DNA from: Eledone cirrhosa
Lineage: Eukaryota
Reading direction: 5' to 3'
Assembly (NCBI GenBank): GCA_964016885.1
Contig: OZ024746.1
Coordinates: forward strand, 17,794,001 to 17,858,000
Length of the DNA stretch: 64,000 nucleotides
The position numbers were made by a program, and so were the translations under genes. Positions 1 to 12,570 of the stretch are shown piece after piece. Below the pieces are notes generated by a model. The model saw only the letters and a list, made by a program, of their open reading frames with translations, was not told where the DNA came from and did no database searches. Numbering within the stretch: the first letter of the stretch is position 1; each line of letters opens with the position of its first letter.

Positions 1-600
1 GAAAGAGGCCCACAAGATCAGTAATTTGGGCAGAATCGCTTGAACCCGTAGTAATATCAAATAGATTACTATATGTGTTTCTGGTCCAGTATTCATTCTG
101 AAATTCAATAAGTGTTAGTCTAGCATGTGTAATAATATTAATGTCATCCAAAGTTAAGTTAGATCTATTTTTAGCAAATATCAAAGCTTTGTTCAGGAGT
201 ATAGGTGATATAGAAGAATAGTAATTATCTATATCAAATTGTAGAAATGAAGCAGAAGATTTACATCTAATATTATTAAACCAGTTAATTACCTGGGAAG
301 TGTTTTCCCAGAGTGGTAAATTAACATGTTTTCTTATTTGTGGGATGACTCTATCCAAAATTTTTTTGCTAATTATTCCAATATCCGATTTGGAGGGACA
401 TATAAGTCTTATAGAAGGATTTGAGTTAAAGTTTGATTTATGATCTTTCAGGTTGAAGTGTGGTCTTTTCAATGCCAAAGGTTCAGTTCTATCTTCAATA
501 TTTAGTTTATTCACTATGTTGTGTGTTTTGTTGTTGATGTTGGTGAGTGGACATGGATTTTTTTAGACTTTTTTAGGTCCAATAGGGTAGAATCAATTAT
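1..600 (-). mobile_element. Penelope-like element reverse transcriptase fragment (runs off the window edge)
   Basis: Minus-strand translation gives LNIEDRTEPLALKRPHFNLKDHKSNFNSNPSIRLICPSKSDIGIISK...FLQFDIDNYY...FDITTGSSDSAQITDLVGLF, matching LKDHK/RLI.P.KS/FD.TxGS motifs of PLE RTs; frameshift or deletion near 550. Confidence 0.8.
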
Positions 601-1042
601 ATTTTTTTTTTATGTATATGCATACAAACAAGTTAATATGCGTGAGGTTAAGTATGTGTATGTGTGTGTGTGTACGTATGTATGTATCGAACGTATGGAT
701 GTGTAAATGTGCGTATGTATATAAGCATGTATATTTTATGTCTCTCTTTTATGTTTTTTTATATTTTTTTATATTTCTTTTGTGAGACATTCGCGTCTGT
801 ATATGTACGTACCCCCCCCCCCCTTATTTTTTGTTCCCCCGTTTTTAAGTTTTTTCCTTCTATAAAAATTTTTTTTTTATTTCTAACTTTATTGATACAT
901 TTTTATAAATATGTCGAGTTTGACACTTTCCTTTAATTACTTACTCCCTTACCTCCTTTACTTCTGCATCTGAATGTAAGTGTGTGTGGGCGTGTTTATG
1001 TGAGCGCCTCAATATCCATATAGTTATAATAATAATATATAC

Positions 1043-1088
<46 letters not shown>

Positions 1089-1439
1089 TCGTATGTATGT
1101 GTGTGTTTATGTATGTATATGTGTGTGTGTATGCATGTGTGTATATGTGTGTATATATGTATATATATATATATATATGTATATATATGTATATTTTGTC
1201 TGTAGATTGTAAACATACAGATACATTAGCCCTAAATTTTTATATTTACATACACTTTTTCGACATGCGTATGCATATCAACATACATTTTTATGCATAT
1301 CTGTGAGCGAATTTACTTACATATATACACACACCTAACTGTATTTTCTTGATGAATGTTCATGTATTTCATTGGTCTATTTAAAATCTGTTCCCAAACA
1401 GACCTGTAATTTTGAATTGTTATTATCAATAAATATACA

Positions 1440-1580
1440 TCATTATTTCTGAAGACAGCATATATATGTGATGGTATGTATATTCTCCTTGATAGTTTGT
1501 ATAATTTTGTACATAGATCTTTTGAATATGCATACCAATTCTAACACATATATGTCCTAGAAACGATCGTAAAATAATGA
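1440..1580 (+). ncRNA. Type I hammerhead ribozyme motif with long stem II (PLE-associated)
   Basis: tcattattt-CTGAAGA-(~104 nt with catatatatgtg/cacatatatg arms)-GAAA-CGATCG-TA-aaataatga; perfect 9-bp stem I, palindromic stem III. Confidence 0.7.
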
Positions 1581-1895
1581 ACTTTTTTTGTTTAATATAA
1601 GGAACTGTTTCTTTGTTTTATTCATTATTTTTTTAATATTTTATCTTGACTCTGTATTCCGTTTATCTTTCACCGAAAGTGATTTTTGAATGCATCTCTT
1701 CTTTTCATGATATCCGGATTACATTGAGTTCTTCATACGGATTGGACACTACCGTAAACTTTTGGTAGATTTATCTATATATATATATATATATGTATAA
1801 GCAAAATGAATAAATGAGGGAATTGCAGTTCGTTAAAAACAAAATTTTACGATATCTGCATTGCTTTATTGTACCACAATAAAACTCACCTCCTA

Positions 1896-1896
1896 G

Positions 1897-1992
<96 letters not shown>
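1896..1992. repeat. (TA)n(TG)n microsatellite
   Basis: Direct inspection; many similar tracts at 1045-1190, 6474-6575, 6977-7038, 10920-10963, 11198-11250, 22300-22490, 49400-49466, 62630-62670, 63530-63572. Confidence 0.95.
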
Positions 1993-1995
<3 letters not shown>

Positions 1996-2375
1996 TATCA
2001 TTTATTTTGTTTTGACCTGTTTAGCTTGATTTGCTTTTTGGCTTAGGTGGTTGATGCTTTCTTGACCACTATTTCAGTTTTGTATGGCCTCTTAACATAT
2101 TGTTTAGCTCTGGTTTTTTAACTATGGAGCGCTTGCCACCATTATTTCTGATTTTCGCCTTTTCTACCCGCCGAAATGCGATTCTCGCTAAATCTATATT
2201 TATATATATATATATATATATTTGTTTATTTCATCAATTTAAACGCCTTTATAGAACTAGTAAGCTGCTATAACTGTCATCAAGTAATCCCTCATTCCTT
2301 TTGATGTACAGGGAGCTATTACCAAAAGATGACCCAACCACTAAGGGACTTCCCTCTACCATAAGGTAACCCAGT

Positions 2376-2650
2376 TCAGGGTTGGCACAATTGATGCTGG
2401 TACACTGAAAGGTAGATTGAGTGAAATTGTAGAAATGCTTGAAAGGAGATTAGTAGATATGTGGAAGAGATAAGATAGAGAGGTGCATCAGCTAGACTCC
2501 TCATGGGCAAACATTTTAAATAGAAACTTTTCTGGGTAGGAAATGATACCAGAGTGGGTGGAGCAGGAATTTTGCTAACTGAGAAATAGATAGACAAAAT
2601 AATTGAGGAAGTTAGAATAAAGGACAGAATTATCAAGTTTAGATATTAAC
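2376..2650 (+). mobile_element. Degenerate RTE LINE AP-endonuclease fragment
   Basis: KLFWVGNDTRVGGAGILLTEK*IDKIIEEVRIKDRII, with stops. Confidence 0.6.
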
Positions 2651-3035
2651 TGAACATATGGTTCATCATCGTCATCGTTTAATATCCACTTTCCCTGCTA
2701 ACAAGAGATGGATGGATCTACATAGACAAAAGACTCTACTGAAGTGGGGCTACCGACCTCCCAGACAAGTCGAAGGGTCTGCATCATGCTTATGCATGGT
2801 CACACATTCTATCGAGTACAGAGAAGCTGTCCTGTCTTTTGTTACAGACTGAAGGGTTCTTATATAAAATTCTGTTGAAAGATTTTAATTTAAAGAAACC
2901 CATTAAAATGTGTGGTTTTGTGTCATAGAAACAGAATTGGTTTTGGTCGTGTTGTGTTGGGTTGGTATTAAAAGGGTTAATGACATTTTTTTGACATGCC
3001 TGAGCATTTGTTGTTGAAACCAACAGAGGTCTACT

Positions 3036-5097
3036 CTATAATAATAATGAAATTATTGTGTAAAGTGCTCAGGTACACTACAACTCGTCAAAGGTGCATG
3101 TATAGTACATAGAATAGTATACAAATGTCAGGGAAGTGAATAGTGTATGAGTCATGATATACATGTGTGTATGTGTATGGAGGGGGAATATTAGGTGTAG
3201 TGTTGGCGAATCTCAGGAAGCATGGAGGTTTTAAAGGATGCAGTGTCTCGACAGCTAAAAACTGATGCAGGTAGTTTGTTCCATGCTTCAGCAACTCTGA
3301 GCGTGAAAAAATGTTTCCGAAAATCATGGGAGCTGTGCCGTTTTCTGACTTTGTTGGCATGCCAACGTGTGTTAGACACATGGAAATCAAAAAGGTACTC
3401 AGGGTTGTTGTTGACAAGATGGTTAATAATTTTGTGGGTGTTTACCAAGTCACTTGCCAAACATCGGAGCTTCAATGTATTCATGCCCAGGGAAGCAAGG
3501 CGTTCAGAGTATGGTAGATGCCTGATGGAGGGTATTCGCTTGGTTGCACATCTCTGAACAGTTTCCAGGTGGTCAATGTTCTGAGCAAGATAGGGGTTCC
3601 AGACTGGTGATGCAAATTCAAAGTGTGGTTGCACCATAGCTATATACAACTTTAAATAGATAGCAGGAGAGTGGCTGACAAAGGTCTTGCTGAGTGATGC
3701 TAAGACACCTTCTTGACAATTTTAGAGACGTGCTTCGTCCAACGCAAATCGCTGCTGACCGTAAGACTTCTTGATATTAGTGTTGTGGAGGTAGTCTGTG
3801 GACACTGGGTTTTTACTCCCAAAATGCATGGTGGTAGACTTTTCCACAGCTAGCTTGAGTTGCCAGTCTGTGGTCCATTGTTGCATTGTGTCCAGGTCAG
3901 ATTGCAGCCAAGATCTAGAGTGTTCAGGATCTGTCCTTTTTATCTCAAGGTACAGCTTGATGTCATCTGCATATTTCAGTATTGTGGCATTCTTTAAGTT
4001 GGCATCTATGTCATCAATATATGTCACAAACAAAAGGGGGCCAAGAACAGATCCCTGAGGTACACCAGATGACATCTCATATGGTGAGGAATGCTGTCCT
4101 ATAACCGTGACTACCTCTCTTCGACTGAGAATGAAGGACTTCAACCAGTTAAAAAGATCATCCTTCACACCCATTGCAGAGAGTTTTGCCATAACTCTTT
4201 TGTGTGGCACAGAATTGAAAGCTTTAGCAAAGTCGAGGTAAACAACATTCACCCATGAGCTGCCATCAGTGATCCAGGTGATGTCTTCAAGAAACTCGAT
4301 AAGTTGATCACAGCAGCTGGAGTTAGGGATAAATCCAAATTGCGAGGGCGAGATAAGACTGAGAGTTCCAGAAGTTCCAAAGCGTTTCTCTGACACAGGA
4401 TTCCATCAGTTTGGCAATGCAGCTAGTAAAACTGATTAGACAATAGTTCACAGGTGATGTGCGGTCACCATTTTTGAACAGAGGAATGACACTGGCAGTT
4501 TTCCACTGTTCTGGAGTAGAACTATTGTTCAGACAGAATTGGAAGAAGCGTGATAGCTGGTGCAGAAGGAAGTACCCACAACATTTGAGAAGCAGGTACG
4601 TAACACCATCAAGACCAGGAGAGGCATGGTTGCGTTTATTTTTAAGGTGACATTGCAGCATTGCAGGTATAAATTCCATAGTTGTAATATAATCCGATGG
4701 GGTCATCAGTAACCTGGCTTGTGTGGGGATTGCGAAGAGGACCAACTGGAGAGTGAGGCCTCTGCTTTGAGTGAACATACTTCCAGAATACCTTACTGTC
4801 AGGGCTAGTTGCTATGCACTGCTCAAATTGAAGCACTGCCTTTTTTGTCACCTGTTTGAGATGGTTGGATGATTTATTTCACTTCTTCCTATTGATATCT
4901 GATTTATACAGTTTGTACTCACATTCAGCATTACAACGTTCTTTTCTGGCAAGACAGACTGCTGCAGTCTCCCAAATTGCACTTTTGGGATGTTTTTTCT
5001 ACTTACATGGCACCGATGCTGTCCATATTGAGCTCAGGATGTTCTGGAACTACTTCAGTTTTAACATCCTGTGCCACATGAAACCACATTAACAAGG
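3036..5097 (-). mobile_element. 5'-truncated CR1/L2-group LINE, frameshifted RT pseudogene
   Basis: ORFs 4323-4778, 3722-4396 and 3191-3649 give QFGFIP, YLDFAKAFNSVPH, SGVPQGSVLGPLLF, YADD and FFTLRVAEAWNKLP; flanked by a 33-bp direct repeat (2995-3027 / 5098-5130). Confidence 0.9.
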
Positions 5098-5199
5098 CAT
5101 GCCTGAACATTTGTTGTTGAAACCAACAGATCTACTTCAGACATTCTTGAAAAATATAAAACAACAAACACTATATCTGCATCACATTAAAAATTAAAG

Positions 5200-5950
5200 T
5201 CTTTATGCTAATACTGTACATTTTCACAATGATTTATCCACTAGTAAAAATATTATAAACATTTGATTAAACCAACCCATTTTAAAGTTATTTTCTGCTA
5301 AATTATTACAGAATATTAAAAATACTAACATTGGTAAGCTGCTTATCTCCACACAACACTTTTCTCCTTGATGAATACAGTCTTCTCCTTCATAAAACTG
5401 AATTTCATGTGATCATTCTTCACCATTCCCCACCCCACTAACCCATATCTTTCTTTGTCTTCCTCTTCCACAAGTTCCATACACTTCAAGTAATTGGTAC
5501 TTCAAATCTTCACAACAATCTGTTCACTTGTAAAAATACTATAAATATTTGAATTAACAAACCTGTTTTGAGAGATTTCTGCTAAATCATTACAGGATGT
5601 TATGGTTTAAGAAATTTATTTGTATTTGTATTTGCAACATTTAAAAAAAGTTTTTACTCTAATATTACAAATTTTCACAATGATCTGTCCACTAATAAAG
5701 ATACTACAAACATTTGAATTAACAAACCTGTTTTTAGATATTTCTTCTAAATCATTACAGTTTGTTTAAAAGTTGATTAATAAGCCTGCATATGCAACAT
5801 TTCAGAAAAATGACTATATCACATTAAAAATTAGAATCTTTACTTGAATATTACAAATTTTCACAACAATCTGTCCAGTAGTAATGATACTATAAACATT
5901 TACATTAACAAACCCATTTGTTAGATATTTTCTGATAAATTATTACAGGT
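5200..5950. repeat. Diverged tandem repeat, units of roughly 130-180 bp
   Basis: Recurrent ttttcacaatgat..tccacta..tactataaacatttgaattaacaaacc..ttttctgctaaattattacag blocks. Confidence 0.6.
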
Positions 5951-6361
5951 TGTAAAACATTAGTGACACATTTGTGAAACTTTTAATGGAATATTCATGG
6001 TTTCATTATATAGGCCTACACCCATTGCCACCTCAATCTATTCATAAAAATCAATTGATTTTGCATTTTACATTGTTAAATACATTCAGTGTTATTATAG
6101 ACAGACAGTGTATTTTGTGTAACCTTACAGCATGGAATCTACACAAATTAACTCAAAAGATCTAAAAGAAGATTCTGAAGAAACCATTCCTGAATTAAAG
6201 GGTGATAAAATATTTTCTTTTCTTTTTTTTATTTCCTTACTTTGTTTCTCTGTTCAAATGGCTGACTGAATCCACACGTGCTTTTTCTCAACAAAATTTA
6301 TTTTCCATTCCTTCTTCTTCTCACTCTCTATCTTTCTATTTCATCTTTTATTTCTCATTCT

Positions 6362-6398
6362 ATCCTCTGATGAAGGACTAGTGTCCGAAACGTTAAGA
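6362..6398 (+). ncRNA. Minimal hammerhead-like motif (PLE type), stem I degenerate
   Basis: CTGATGA-A-GGAC-tagt-GTCC-GAAA-CGTTA; weak stem I. Confidence 0.5.
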
Positions 6399-6471
6399 CT
6401 CTTTTCCTACTATATCAAGCATTCTTCATTGTATTGTGTTCTTTGCTTCGTTATTTCTGTTTACTTTTTGC

Positions 6472-6577
<106 letters not shown>

Positions 6578-6707
6578 GCAAAAGTTCTATTTAAATTGTT
6601 GGGATACAACAAACAAATATTTTTATAACTGATATAAAGCACTCGACAAGTATTTGGAGTAGATATACGATATTAATAAATGGAAACTGTATTTATAAAA
6701 CCATATT

Positions 6708-6772
6708 TATTTCATTATATATATTTCAAGGATACCAAGTTACATTATGGTATGCCTTCATCAGACAAAATA
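6708..6772 (-). ncRNA. Type I hammerhead ribozyme motif (mirror copy in the inverted repeat)
   Basis: Exact reverse complement of 6871-6935. Confidence 0.65.
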
Positions 6773-6870
6773 CAATATATAACAGTTTTATATCCTGATG
6801 GCCTCCAAAAGCAACGGTCAATTTTTTAAAGGGGTACGTCAATGTCTATTTATAAAACTGTTATATATTG

Positions 6871-6935
6871 TATTTTGTCTGATGAAGGCATACCATAATG
6901 TAACTTGGTATCCTTGAAATATATATAATGAAATA
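6871..6935 (+). ncRNA. Type I hammerhead ribozyme motif
   Basis: tattttgt-CTGATGA-aggcatacca..tggtatcctt-GAAA-TATATA-TA-atgaaata; 8-bp stem I with two G.U pairs. Confidence 0.65.
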
Positions 6936-6974
6936 AATATGGTTTTATAAATATAGTTTCCATTTATTAATATC

Positions 6975-7042
<68 letters not shown>

Positions 7043-8442
7043 GAATGGACCTTGGTAGTGAAAACATCATATTGGTCCATTCCATAGTCTTTAGCTTGTA
7101 TTGCATTGGCAACTTAACTTTATTGCATAAGATGCTGTCTGATGATGTTGTATTACTGGTTGCAATTATCTTTATTGTCTCTATTCGAGGAATACGGGAT
7201 TTGATTATTCATAACAGCTACTGGCCACGTTTTTTTCTGTTTATAGGGGTGTTTTACCTGATTTTCTAAGCTCTTATTTATAACAATTGACTGTTGTTGC
7301 AGTCTTTACTGCATTTGTGATTTCTACATTTTCTAAAAAGAATTTCTCATTACCCAACACTTTGATAGTTCATATAGACGGGTGTTTGCATGTTATTGGT
7401 TTCACATTGTTGGGTTTCACAAACACTTAGGAACAAATGATTGTGTCAAGCTTATAAGAATGGTAAGTATTAAGAAATTTGTCAAAAATTATGCAGCTTA
7501 TGCCACACACATACACACATCCACATCAAGGAATTATAAACATGGTTTTTATTATATATGCATACACTCCATATACATCACCTCAGTCTGAGGTTATGTG
7601 TAGAGTGAATGCATAGAAGTGAAAACTTTCATTGGCAGATTGAGGTAAACAATTGCGGGCTTGCTCAGTTAGACATTTGTATGTATGTATATATATTTGT
7701 ATGTATGTATATATATTTGTATGTATGTATATATATTTGTATGTATGTATATATATTTGTATCGACCCATAACTCTTATTGATGTTGTAGGGCACCAAAG
7801 TGACATATGGCATGTCTTGGGCATTTTATACCTGGTGGAGCCTATCTCCTCTCCAGGTTTGAACATAGCCAATTCCTTCTAGAATATGATGTCTATAATT
7901 ATTAGATAGATTATAGACATCATATTCTAGAATTAATCATGAAACGGCCATATAAGTGAACTTTACATTTAATATTCATAATTATATGTACATGATACTA
8001 GCTGTTCCTCAATTAGATATATGAAAGGCATTTTCATATATTATTTAAATTTGTATAAATTAGGGTGTGAGCTTAATGTTTATTGATCTTTCTTTGTTGT
8101 GTAACTTAATTAATATATATTATATATGTGTAGGTTTAACCAAATAATAATATATATATACATACACACACTCACAGGGGTGGGTGGAGCAGATTTGGAG
8201 CATGTCCTACTTTCCATGTAGGAGCTGAACATGGCCAGAATATACTATGGAGTGTGTAAGGTGGGGAGGGGAGTGAGTATGCAAGTTAGACATGGATTTC
8301 GTGAGTGGGGTATTTAGTTGGTGAGAGTGAGGGTATTAAGACTAGGGAAGATTATATAAACGAGGGGTAGTGAAATGCTTGTTGCCGGCTAGTGTCCTCT
8401 AAATAATAAATCTGATATATTATCTATATAATATATATAGTA

Positions 8443-9751
8443 TCTATATATATAAAACTGAGGATGTCTGTCTGTGTGTGTGTGAGTTCGAATCTCTAAA
8501 ACTCGAGAACCACCCAAACGACTGTTTTCAAACTTTACACATGTAATACTTATGTTTCAGTGAGTGTTCTTAGCAAATTATATTATCTATCTGTATGTCT
8601 GACTGTCTGCATTACGTCAGCAATACTTAGCTTATCTAAGGCGGTTATATATTTCACACAACACTAAAAATTAAAGCCGGTAACTATGTATTAGTCAGTC
8701 TCTTCTTCATACCGTGAGCAAGAAAATCCAACTTTTAGTGGAGCGAGTGAAATAAAGTCGACCCTGCTGCGATTCAAAAATCAGGTTTCACACAACACTA
8801 AAAATTAAAGCCAGTAAAGAAAAACCTCGCTGTAATAGCTTCAGTTTGTTACTTACGTGCCTTTACGAGAACCAAAAGTTACTATTTTACCGCTTAGTAT
8901 TATAGAGAAGCACCCAACCGACTGTTTTCAAACTTTATACATGTAATACTTATGTTTCAGGGAGTGTTCTGAGCAAAAAAAAATTCAAATTTTCAATGCA
9001 TTGGGCGATTTAGCGATCTCGCTCTATAATTCTTAGTCTTTCTCTTTTTAGATAGATACATACATATAACGTCACGCCCTTATACTATCTGTCTGTATGT
9101 CTGACTGTCTGCATTACGTCACTTCCCTGAGGATGTCTGTGTGTGTGTGAGTTTGAATCCCTAAAACCCGAGAAGTACCCAACCGATTTTTTTCAAACTT
9201 TACATGTGTATTACTTATGTTTCAGGGAGTGTTATGCACATAAAAATTCAACTTTTTTTTTATCTCCTAGGACCCGCATTAGGTGAAAAACTGCGTTTTT
9301 TTAAAACATTTTTAGGGGTTTTTTTAGGCGTTACGTCAGACCGATTTCCTTGAAATTGTAACTATGTATTAGTCAGTCTCTTCTTCATACCGTGAGCAAA
9401 GCAAATCCAACTTTCTTATGGTCTAGGGCCCGCATTAGGTGAAAAACTTCATTTTTTCAGCTTTTTAGGGCTTTTTGGAGGCGTTACGTCTAGCCGATTT
9501 TCCCGAAATTTCAAGGCATATTAAGCACATAAAAAAACTTCATTTTCTTGATCCCCTAGGGCCTGCATTAGGTGAAAACCTGAATTTTTCTTGCTTCATA
9601 GAGGAAAATCTTAAAGATTATCCAGCCATCAGAGTATTCGGTTTATTTTCTTTACATATTGTCCAGGCATGCAGTTTTTCCACGATTAGGTCTGTTGGCG
9701 GCCCACGTTCCAAAATACCTTATCCCGTGCAACGCCGGGTACCACTGCTAA
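8443..9751 (+). mobile_element. Non-autonomous Helitron
   Basis: 5' TCTATATATATAAAA; 3' hairpin CCCGTGCAACGCCGGG then CTAA (CTRR); inserted between A and T; internal sub-repeats at ~8461, 8910 and 9128. Confidence 0.75.
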
Positions 9752-10917
9752 TATATATATAATCATCATCATCATCATCATCATTTAACATCCATCTTCC
9801 ACGCTAGCTTGAGTTAGATGGTTTTGTTCCATTTGATGTGGGAATGGTCAGGAGACCATGTCTCGCTCGCACGGAAGCATCTCTGGCAGGTTTTCTACGG
9901 CTGGATGCTCTTCCTAACACCAACCACATTTACAGTGTGGACTGGGAGCCTTTTTACCGTGAATCCTACACAACCACTTTACATTTTTTTTTTTCCGTCC
10001 ACACAAATCTCGAACTTAAGTTCAGTAATTGATGTTGACTTTAATATTTTCTCTCTCTTCGAGTCGCTCACACACATGTGCTTCGGGTTTCCCTCTTCGG
10101 TTTGTGGTTTCCCGGGGGGTTTTTTTCAGGTTTTTTTCGCTGTTTTCTTCCTCTTTTTCCTTTTCTTCTGTTTTCCCTTCTGTTACTATTTTTTTCACTC
10201 TCTTCCCTTTTTTCCCAATAACTTCCTTGAGTTATTGACTCACTGGGGTGAGATATATTGTCTTTAATACATTGAAATATCCTGGAACCCCAGCAGACAA
10301 CTGATGAAGGAGAATTTCCTCCTGTTCTTGCTTTCCTCTTTTAGCCGTAGAAATAATAATAAGAAGAACATTAATATCAACAACAATAAAAATATGTGTT
10401 TGTATTTTTGTTGTAGCAGGAAAGGTATGGTTTTTGTTAGGCTAAAGTATAGCAGTTAGGGGTTTAGTTTTAATGTAACAGTTTAAGTGTGAGAGAAGCG
10501 AATGTTTGTGGAATTAGTCGTAAAGTCTTCGTTAACATTTTTACATGTTTTTATTCACAACTAATTACAAAGAGTTAGACATGTCAAACAAAGGAATAAA
10601 CAAATCAAGAGTTAAGAAGTGAATGTGGCATTGTGTCAGGCCTAAGGAGGCCGACAGGCCAAAGTGAAGATCTCACCATTACATAATAATGTCCGTTCCT
10701 TTCAACGTCCAAGCGGCAAGAGAGAGTATATACAAAAGAAGCGGGAAAATCTTTGTTTGGGCAGAAGTTGATAATATATATCCGTGTGTGGCTCGCAATT
10801 GGCCTGACTTAGCCAAATCACGCACACTTAGCCTACCAATGCGCCAAAGGCAAGTAGCTTGCTACACTCTTATTTATAAGTACACCTTATCCAGCAACTA
10901 CACAGCCCCTGTTCCTT

Positions 10918-10964
<47 letters not shown>

Positions 10965-10966
<2 letters not shown>

Positions 10967-11193
10967 TCAAGCACAGCAACATAAGAATCTTTCCAGATGA
11001 TTCCAGGTTCCAGAAGGTCATCAATGGAGTAAGAGACCAGACATGCCTTCGATCAGATCTACTTGCTGTTATCCAATGGGTGGAAAAACATGTTGCTGAA
11101 CAAAAATAAATTGGAACTAATCCACTTTGGAAAAGAGGATGCACAGAAACTCTCAAATTGCCTTCCTTCAAGTGAAACCTTTGTGGCATCCAA

Positions 11194-11197
<4 letters not shown>
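10965..11197 (+). mobile_element. Short decayed CR1-type RT fragment between (TA)n tracts
   Basis: WKNMLLNKNKLELIHFG resembles the W..M.FN.DK...LH.G RT segment. Confidence 0.45.
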
Positions 11198-11254
<57 letters not shown>

Positions 11255-11292
11255 ATTAAATAAATGGAAAACTATATTTATAAAACCATATT

Positions 11293-11358
11293 TATTTCAT
11301 TATATATATTTCGGGGATATCATATTAACAATATGCTATGCCTTCATCAGACAAAATA
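11293..11358 (-). ncRNA. Type I hammerhead ribozyme motif, same family as 6871-6935
   Basis: Reverse strand: tattttgt-CTGATGA-aggcatagcatat..atatgatatcccc-GAAA-TATATA-TA-atgaaata; stem II differs in sequence but still pairs. Confidence 0.65.
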
Positions 11359-12174
11359 CAATATAAACAGTTTTATAGATAAATATATTCGACATACCGT
11401 AATAAACATCAACTTCATTTGAAGAGGTTTACTCTAGCAGTCTATTTAATATTTAATATTTAATATTGTAAATATACTCCAAATATTTGTCGAGTGCTTT
11501 TATATCAGTTATAAATATTTACTAGTTGTAACCCAACAATTTTAAATATAACTTTACATATATATATATATATATATATAATAGAATAATCGAGTATCGG
11601 AAAATCAGCTCACGAATTAACGATAAACAAATCCGATAAATAATTTGGATAAATCAAAGCTATAACTATCGTTAAATTACCAACACATAAAGATTATGCC
11701 TAAAATCACCCATGCAGCCGAAAAAGAACGACCAGGAAGATTCGGATCACTCAAATAAAATATCAATAAATCAATAATTTAAATGAATGTAAAAAACTTA
11801 CCCGGACCCGCTAGAAGGGTGTTAAATCTAGTATATATATACATATTATAATTCAAATTAAAAGATATATGTACATATATAGAGAGAGAAAGAGAAAAAG
11901 AGCCATACATCGTTTGAGAAACACATAGTATTTTGTACATATATATAAAGTACATAATATTTAAGAAAAAATACATCCACAAGCTATTGGAATCAATTGT
12001 TCAATGCTATAACCATAGTAGCAGTAACAACAGCAACTGTGGCAACAACAATGGTAACAAGTTGTATAGCAATATCAACAACATCTGTGGTGATGAAAAC
12101 ATGCTCATTCACACAAAAGCACTCATGCATACAAGAACTGTATTGAAATTTGATTTAAAAAACTGGTATTGATG

Positions 12175-12570
12175 AAAGAGACCTCATCGTCTTGGCAGGA
12201 AACTTCAATAGACACGTGGGACAGTACCAGGTGGGATTCAGTGAAGTTCATGGCAGCTATGGTTATGGCTCATGAAATGAAGAAGGATTGAGACTCCTGG
12301 AATTCTGTGCTAGAAATGAACTAACCATTTGCAACACAAATTTTTGGAAATCTGCTAATCTTCTGATCTCATATCAATCAGGTGAACACACAAGCCAAAT
12401 TGATTACTTACTTGTAAGACGAGATAAATGGACTGTTTCAAATACTAAGGCCTTACCTAGGGAAGAATGCACTGCCCAGCACAAATTAGTTATTAGTGAC
12501 ATCAAAATTAACAAAAGACAGAACAAGACATGCTGGAGAATATGGAGATAGAGAGTTTGGAAGCTAAATG
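12175..12570 (+). mobile_element. Degenerate RTE LINE endonuclease fragment
   Basis: AGNFNRHVG..EVHGSYGYG..NEEGLRLLEFCARNELTICNTNF..SQIDYLLVR..QHKLVISD. Confidence 0.8.

Larger units (their letters stand above)
6663..6980. repeat. 130-bp inverted repeat (6663-6792 / 6851-6980), each arm carrying a hammerhead motif
   Basis: Arms are reverse complements with one mismatch; 58-bp spacer; bounded by (TA)n tracts. Confidence 0.9.

Noticed and set aside
521-2001. YI/CV/TH-repeat ORFs here and at 6381, 7583, 11059, 22141, 49393 and 63330
   Set aside because: Microsatellite translations without coding features
10295-10330. CTGATGA followed by a short hairpin as a further hammerhead
   Set aside because: No GAAA or stem III follows; truncated or coincidental
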